Shown here: positions 57,923 through 64,000 of the stretch, piece by piece
How the letters are laid out: each line of letters starts with the position of its first letter
Numbering within the stretch: position 1 is the first letter of the stretch
Assembly (NCBI GenBank): GCA_947475275.1
Contig: CANJNE010000001.1
Location: 44,897 to 108,896 of the forward strand
Reading direction: 5' to 3'
Length of the DNA: 64,000 nt
DNA from: Flavobacteriales bacterium
Lineage (GTDB): Bacteria; Bacteroidota; Bacteroidia; Flavobacteriales_D; Crocinitomicaceae
Translations under genes and position numbers: made by a program
Notes under the pieces: generated by a model
What the model was told of the DNA's origin: nothing
Database searches by the model: none
The model's input: only the letters and a program-made list of their open reading frames with translations

Positions 57923-59353
57923 ATGGAAAATAAAATTATCGATGAAAGTGTTCAAGGTACAGCAACAATGTTGAACACAACAAAAAACAATGTATCAGGT
58001 ACAAAGAAACTTTATGTAGAGAGTTATGGCTGTCAGATGAATTTTTCAGACAGTGAAGTGGTTGCCTCGATAATGAATAAAAATGGGTATTCAACAACGC
58101 GAGATATTGACGAAGCCGATGTCGTATTGATAAACACTTGTTCCATTAGAGAAAATGCTGAAACAAGGGTAAGAAATCGTTTGACGGAGTTTAAGTCGAA
58201 AAAAGCAAAGAGACCAGATTTAGTTATTGGAATCTTAGGTTGTATGGCAGAACGCCTAAAAAAATCATTACTTGAGGAGGAAAAACTCGTAGATTTAGTT
58301 GCGGGGCCTGATGCCTACAGGGATTTGCCAAATCTAGTGGAGGAAGTTGGAACAGGACAAAAAGCTGTAAATGTTTTGCTATCTCGGGACGAAACATACG
58401 CAGATATTTCACCTATAAGACTTGATCAAGGAGGAATTTCAGCTTTTGTAACTATTATGCGTGGTTGTGACAACATGTGTTCATTTTGTGTTGTTCCATT
58501 TACTCGGGGTCGCGAAAGATCGAGAGACCCTGAAACCATTGTTAATGAATGTAAAGATTTGTTTGAACAAGGTTACAGAGAAGTGACGTTATTAGGCCAA
58601 AATGTAGACAGTTATCGGTGGAATTTGAGTTCCAAAGGTGAAATAAAAGATTCGAATCAACCCACAGTAAATTTCGCGCAATTAATGGAAAAGGTAGCTC
58701 AGGTTTCATCTGATTTGCGGATTCGATTTTCCACATCACATCCTAAAGATATGACAGATGAAGTTTTGGAAATGATGGCAAAATATGAAAACATATGTTC
58801 ATATATTCATTTACCGGTTCAATCTGGAAGTACTACTGTTTTAGATAGAATGAACAGATCTTACACAAGAGAATGGTATCTCGAAAGAATTAGTGCGATA
58901 AGACGAATTGTTCCTGACTGTGCAATTTCAACCGATATTATTACTGGTTTTTGTAACGAAACTGAAAATGAGCACGCAGACACTTTATCACTAATGAACG
59001 AGGTTGCCTTTGATTTCGCATATATGTTTAAATATTCGGAACGACCAAAAACCTTAGCTGAAAGAAGGTTTGAGGATGATGTTCCAGAGGACGTAAAAAG
59101 TAGAAGATTGAATGAAATTATTGAAAATCAGCTACATCATTCTCTAAAATCTAATCAAAAACAAATAGGTCAAATTCAAAAAATTCTCGTTGAGGGGTAT
59201 TCCAAACGTTCAGATGAATTTTTAAGTGGAAGGAACACTCAAAATGCAGTAGTTGTTTTCCCGAAGGAGACGGCACAAAAAGGAGCCTATGTTTATGTAA
59301 AAATTGAAGATTGCACCTCTGCCACCCTTATGGGTAACATTGTTCATAAATGA
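57923..59353 (+). CDS. miaB: tRNA (i6A37) methylthiotransferase
   Basis: N-terminal cluster Cys (SYGCQMN, NTCSIRE, GCMAE), radical-SAM [12 protein letters not shown], and a TRAM domain. Confidence 0.95.
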   Translation: MENKIIDESVQGTATMLNTTKNNVSGTKKLYVESYGCQMNFSDSEVVASIMNKNGYSTTRDIDEADVVLINTCSIRENAETRVRNRLTEFKSKKAKRPDLVIGILGCMAERLKKSLLEEEKLVDLVAGPDAYRDLPNLVEEVGTGQKAVNVLLSRDETYADISPIRLDQGGISAFVTIMRGCDNMCSFCVVPFTRGRERSRDPETIVNECKDLFEQGYREVTLLGQNVDSYRWNLSSKGEIKDSNQPTVNFAQLMEKVAQVSSDLRIRFSTSHPKDMTDEVLEMMAKYENICSYIHLPVQSGSTTVLDRMNRSYTREWYLERISAIRRIVPDCAISTDIITGFCNETENEHADTLSLMNEVAFDFAYMFKYSERPKTLAERRFEDDVPEDVKSRRLNEIIENQLHHSLKSNQKQIGQIQKILVEGYSKRSDEFLSGRNTQNAVVVFPKETAQKGAYVYVKIEDCTSATLMGNIVHK

Positions 59354-60606
59354 CATTAATCATGAATGTACAGCAGGTTAAACAGCGCTTTGGAATTATT
59401 GGAAATGCTCCTGGATTGAATCGAGCGTTGGAAGTTGCCATTCAGGTTGCGCCAACAGACATTTCGGTTTTAGTTATGGGGGAAAGTGGTACGGGTAAAG
59501 AAATTATTCCTCAAGTTATCCATCAATTAAGTTCTCGTAAACATGGTGAATACATCGCAGTAAATTGTGGAGCAATCCCAGAAGGCACTATTGACTCTGA
59601 ACTTTTTGGTCATGAAAAGGGTTCATTTACAGGGGCTCATGGAAGCCGGCAAGGATATTTTGAGGTTGCAAATGGCGGCACTATATTTCTGGATGAAGTA
59701 GCGGAACTTCCGATGTCTACTCAAGTACGTTTATTGCGAGTATTGGAGACTGGGGAATTTATAAAGGTTGGCGCATCAAAGGTTATTAAAACCAATGTAA
59801 GGGTGGTTGCTGCTACCAATGAAAACATGCAAAGAGCAATAAATTCTGGAAAATTTCGAGAAGATTTATTTTACCGATTAAGTACAGTTCCAATTCATTT
59901 ACCATCACTTCGAAACAGAAAGGATGATATTCATTTAATATTTCGAAAATTTGCTCATGATTTTGCCGAAAAATATCGGATGCCCAGCATTAAATTAAAA
60001 GAAGATGCGGTCGACTTTTTAACATCTTACAATTGGCCCGGAAACATCCGGCAACTGAGAAATTTAGTCGAGCAACTTTCTGTAATTGAAACTGAAAGAG
60101 ATTTAGATTTAGTTACAATTAGACAATATCTTCCGGAAAATGAAGATCAGGTTCCGATTAAGATAAACAAAGAGAATTCATCTGAAAATTTTTCAGAGAG
60201 GGAAATTATGTATAAGTTTCTTTTTGACATGAAAAAGGACTTAACTGAATTGAAAAAATTGGTTCTTGAGATGATAAAACAAGACGGTAATATTCATCTG
60301 AATTCAGATCAAACGGCAGTAATTAATCGACTACATCAAGAACTGAATACTCCGATTGGTACAACAAGATTTTTGCCATCAGTTACAGATCCAATTACAC
60401 CCGTTTCAATTGTGAATCCAGAGACAGATGACTTTGAAATTCATGAAGAAATTGAGGAATCTCTATCTTTGGAAGACCGGGAAAAGGAACTTATACAGAA
60501 AGCTTTAGAAAAACATAAAGGAAAAAGAAAATATGCTGCGCTGGAGCTTGGCATTTCTGAAAGAACGTTATATCGTAAAATTAAAGAATTCAATTTACTT
60601 GACTGA
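59350..60606 (+). CDS. sigma-54-dependent transcriptional activator lacking an N-terminal sensory/receiver domain
   Basis: The AAA+ domain starts at about residue 15. Walker [15 protein letters not shown] variant EKGSFTGA, Walker B IFLDEV, and C-terminal Fis-type [26 protein letters not shown] overlap with miaB. Confidence 0.9.
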   Translation: MTLIMNVQQVKQRFGIIGNAPGLNRALEVAIQVAPTDISVLVMGESGTGKEIIPQVIHQLSSRKHGEYIAVNCGAIPEGTIDSELFGHEKGSFTGAHGSRQGYFEVANGGTIFLDEVAELPMSTQVRLLRVLETGEFIKVGASKVIKTNVRVVAATNENMQRAINSGKFREDLFYRLSTVPIHLPSLRNRKDDIHLIFRKFAHDFAEKYRMPSIKLKEDAVDFLTSYNWPGNIRQLRNLVEQLSVIETERDLDLVTIRQYLPENEDQVPIKINKENSSENFSEREIMYKFLFDMKKDLTELKKLVLEMIKQDGNIHLNSDQTAVINRLHQELNTPIGTTRFLPSVTDPITPVSIVNPETDDFEIHEEIEESLSLEDREKELIQKALEKHKGKRKYAALELGISERTLYRKIKEFNLLD

Positions 60607-61121
60607 TGCGAATTAACCTATTATTATTCATTATTTTAGGTCTACTCTTTACATCTTGTTGGCCATCAAGCGTATCTCTAATAGATACAGGAGGAATGCC
60701 TGAAGAATGGAAAACTTTTACCTTAAAAACTCTTGAAAATAAGGCGCCAAATACTCCACTCAGTTATGCTGCTTTATTGTCTGAAAAAACAAAAGATGCT
60801 ATTCAAAATAACACCCGTTTAATGTTGAATCCAGTTAACGGCGAGGGTGAATTATCAATTGAAGGTATTATCACAAGTTACCAAATAGTTCCTGTTGCGC
60901 TTCAGGAAGGTGATAATTCTCAAAAAAATAGATTAAGTGTGAGTGTTGAATTTTCTATTTTTGTCACCAAACCTAAAGAAGAGAAAATCACATTAAATAC
61001 AACACGTTTCGTTGATTATGACTCTTCAATAGATTTGGCGAGCGCAGAGAATGACTTGCTTGAAGAAGTAAATAAACAGATAACTCAAGATTTGATAAAT
61101 AAGTTAATGTCTAATTGGTAA
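60606..61121 (+). CDS. lptE: LptE-like LPS-assembly lipoprotein
   Basis: Lipobox LLFTSC, 171 aa. The position after the sigma-54 activator matches other Flavobacteriia (from memory). 1-nt overlaps on both sides. Confidence 0.6.
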   Translation: MRINLLLFIILGLLFTSCWPSSVSLIDTGGMPEEWKTFTLKTLENKAPNTPLSYAALLSEKTKDAIQNNTRLMLNPVNGEGELSIEGIITSYQIVPVALQEGDNSQKNRLSVSVEFSIFVTKPKEEKITLNTTRFVDYDSSIDLASAENDLLEEVNKQITQDLINKLMSNW

Positions 61122-62380
61122 TGTTGAATCTACAGGAAATAGCTTTGATTATTGAAGGTCGTTATCAAATTGATAAACATCAGTTAGATGAACTTTTGGA
61201 AATGAAAAGTAAATATCCTTATTCACAATTATTTCCAATCCTTTATTTAAAGTCCCTAGCTGATTTAAAAGACATTCGTTTTGATGAAGCTTTGGAAAAC
61301 AATGCCTACCAAATTTCCGACAGAACCCGCCTTTACGAATTTATTAACGAAAATAAATCATCCCCATTAATTCATACGAAAATCATTGAAAATGGTCAAT
61401 CCCAAATAGATGAGTTCAATTCGAATCTTAATAAGGATTTTATTGATGATATAACAGAGCAGAATGAGAATGAGAATGAGAATGTGAGTGAGAGTGAGAG
61501 TGAGAGTGAGAGTGTAAGAGAGAGTGAAAATGTGAGTGAGAATGTTAGGGAGAGTGAGAGTGAGAGTGAGAATGAGAATGAGAGTGTAAGACAGAGTAAA
61601 AATGAGAATGAGAATGAGAATGAGAGCGAGATAGTGAGTGAGAGTGAGATAAACTTATCAGTTGAAAATATTCAAAATACAATTTCTCTTCCTCAAATTG
61701 AAAATATTGATGATTTTGAAGATGAGTTAGATGGAGTCGTTATTCCTCTTGAAATAAGTACGATTGAAAAAAATATTGAAAGAATTAATCTTGAAAAATC
61801 TGATTTTGAAACAAAAGATAAAAATGTTGAAATTGAAGAAAGTAATTCTGACAAAGTTTTTGATGAAGAGGAAAAGTCCAGTAATGATTTAGATATTCTT
61901 GAAAGAGAAATCATTGCTCATGCAATTGCAGCCAATTATAATTTAGATCATTTAGAAAACGCTTCAATCATTGGGCAAAATGAAATAAAATCTCATCACG
62001 AAATAGATATAAAGAAATCCTTTGTTTCATGGCTTCATTCGAATAATGAAGAACAAGTTAACGTAAAAGGCGAAAAGGAGCGTGTTCAGGAAATTTTAAA
62101 CAAATTCATTGCAGAAGAACCTAAGGTTGAAATAGAAAAAAAGAAAGTGGAAAATATTGATCAAAAGAAAAAAGAATTTTTTTCACCACTTAAACAAGCC
62201 AAAGAAAGTTTGAACGAAGAAGTGATGCCAGTAAGCGAAACTTTAGCCAAAATTTATACTATTCAGGGTAATTTTCCCAAAGCAATTTATTCTTATGAGC
62301 AATTAATGTTGATTTATCCAGAAAAAAAAGTTTTCTTTGCATCCCAAATTGAAGAATTAAAGAAAAAATTAAATAATTAA
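61121..62380 (+). CDS. hypothetical protein with acidic (N/S-E)n low-complexity core and TPR-like C-terminus
   Basis: The ATG at 61121 (TAATG with the lptE stop) is preferred over the TTG at 61115. The central region is [61 protein letters not shown]. The C-terminal [28 protein letters not shown] is TPR-like. Confidence 0.5.
   Translation: MLNLQEIALIIEGRYQIDKHQLDELLEMKSKYPYSQLFPILYLKSLADLKDIRFDEALENNAYQISDRTRLYEFINENKSSPLIHTKIIENGQSQIDEFNSNLNKDFIDDITEQNENENENVSESESESESVRESENVSENVRESESESENENESVRQSKNENENENESEIVSESEINLSVENIQNTISLPQIENIDDFEDELDGVVIPLEISTIEKNIERINLEKSDFETKDKNVEIEESNSDKVFDEEEKSSNDLDILEREIIAHAIAANYNLDHLENASIIGQNEIKSHHEIDIKKSFVSWLHSNNEEQVNVKGEKERVQEILNKFIAEEPKVEIEKKKVENIDQKKKEFFSPLKQAKESLNEEVMPVSETLAKIYTIQGNFPKAIYSYEQLMLIYPEKKVFFASQIEELKKKLNN
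61461..61650 (+). repeat. in-frame hexanucleotide microsatellite (AATGAG / AGTGAG units) inside the CDS
   Basis: Directly visible runs of gagaat and gagagt units, with occasional gtaaga/gttagg interruptions, over about 190 nt. Confidence 0.9.
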
Positions 62381-62383
62381 ACG

Positions 62384-62719
62384 ATGGACTTCATTTTAAC
62401 ATCTATCATTATTCTAGCAGCAGTTTTGTTAGTACTAGTAGTTTACGTTCAAAATCCGAAGGGAGGAGGATTAAGCTCAGATTTTGGTTCAGCACAACAA
62501 ATTGGTGGTGTGAAAAAGACCAATGATTTTATAGATAAAGCTACATGGACACTTGCCGGCATTATTATGGTTGTAAGTGTAGTTCTAACTATCAGATCTC
62601 CAAAATCACCTGAACAATTGCAACAAGAAGCAGCGGAAGAAAGCAAAGCACAAACAGAGCAAAATGACGGTGCAAAAGGTCAAGGTAAAAGCCAACCTCA
62701 GGGACAAGCACAGAAATAG
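62384..62719 (+). CDS. secG: preprotein translocase subunit SecG
   Basis: Two TM helices flanking QNPKGGGLSSDFG, plus a Q/E-rich tail. Confidence 0.85.
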   Translation: MDFILTSIIILAAVLLVLVVYVQNPKGGGLSSDFGSAQQIGGVKKTNDFIDKATWTLAGIIMVVSVVLTIRSPKSPEQLQQEAAEESKAQTEQNDGAKGQGKSQPQGQAQK

Positions 62720-62744
62720 ATTGCTCAGGATAAACTAATTGTTA

Positions 62745-62776
62745 ATGTCAGTATGTCAGCGTACTGACATTTTTTT
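62745..62776 (+). terminator. intrinsic terminator after secG
   Basis: TGTCAGTA-tgtcagcg-TACTGACA followed by T8. Confidence 0.75.
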
Positions 62777-62871
62777 TGTCAAAAGAATATAAAAAAATGA
62801 AATAATGTCCAATTATTTGAGGTGGCACAATATTCGACAAAGGGGCATCGAATCAAAAAAATATAAGTAAT

Positions 62872-63147
62872 ATGTCAATTAAGTTTAAACCTTTGGCAGA
62901 CAGGGTTCTAATAGAACCAGCGCCGGCAGAACAAAAAACAGCAAGTGGTATTATCATTCCTGACACAGCGAAAGAGAAGCCGTTAAAAGGCAAAATTGTA
63001 GCTGCAGGAAAGGGTAAAATAGATGAGCCAATGACAGTAAAAGTTGGGGACGAGGTACTTTATGGGCAGTACTCAGGAACGGAAATCAAGTTAGATGGAA
63101 CAACATTCTTGATAATGCGTGAGTCTGATATTTACGGAATTTTTTAA
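62872..63147 (+). CDS. groES: co-chaperonin GroES
   Basis: [12 protein letters not shown]...[21 protein letters not shown]. Confidence 0.95.
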   Translation: MSIKFKPLADRVLIEPAPAEQKTASGIIIPDTAKEKPLKGKIVAAGKGKIDEPMTVKVGDEVLYGQYSGTEIKLDGTTFLIMRESDIYGIF

Positions 63148-63165
63148 TCTTAACAATCAAATTAA

Positions 63166-64000
<835 letters not shown>

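Noticed and set aside
61461-61650. The repeat tract, considered as a possible CRISPR array or other non-coding repeat.
   Set aside because: The unit is only 6 nt, there are no spacers, and the tract is in frame within a continuous ORF. It is a coding microsatellite.
62823-62838. TGGCAC upstream of groES, which looked like a sigma-54 -24 element next to an operon encoding a sigma-54 activator.
   Set aside because: The -12 element is missing. GG-N10 lands on GA (TGGCAC-aatat-TCGAC) rather than GC/TTGC. Other TGGCAC occurrences that I checked (for example 6166, 9104, 14417 and 33283) are intragenic and also lack a correctly spaced TTGC.

Overview
This is an AT-rich, very densely coding chromosomal segment with about 60 CDS and one tRNA. 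There is no rRNA, CRISPR array, transposase, integrase or phage gene. It carries the hallmarks of Bacteroidota, most likely Flavobacteriia: gld gliding-motility genes, T9SS C-terminal sorting domains, TTTG/TAnnTTTG-type promoter boxes and almost no Shine-Dalgarno sequences. Most genes are core housekeeping: tgt, rsmG, cysC/cysQ, tig, ruvC, pyrC, rng, HU, mutY, ssb, folK, clpPX, trmB, nadE, topA, miaB, secG and groES/EL. Gene junctions are extremely tight, with many ATGA start/stop overlaps and several convergent genes whose stop codons overlap. The most prominent system is already known: the gliding/type IX secretion machinery. gldE-gldD, gldB-gldC and porP-gldK-gldL-gldM-gldN all lie within about 22 kb, and two type-A CTD cargo proteins are also present. 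I did not find convincing evidence for a wholly new multi-gene system, and the window reads as an ordinary core region. The best leads are: (1) a DUF3127 protein with full SSB architecture, including a C-terminal DDDDLPF tip; (2) a tightly coupled cassette of a flippase-like protein, a membrane GT2 and a miniprotein that is only a signal peptide plus a type-B-CTD-like domain; (3) DUF2797 coupled to gldB-gldC; (4) an arginase-fold protein next to porP whose metal ligands look degenerate; (5) a Tgt lacking the three zinc-site cysteines; (6) a 30-aa polybasic ORF absent from the ORF track that resembles ribosomal protein bS22; (7) an in-frame hexanucleotide microsatellite. Several ORF-track starts are TTG/GTG extensions. 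I trimmed these to in-frame ATGs where a signal peptide or family N-terminus supported it. All homology calls come from reading the translations, and no database search was run.
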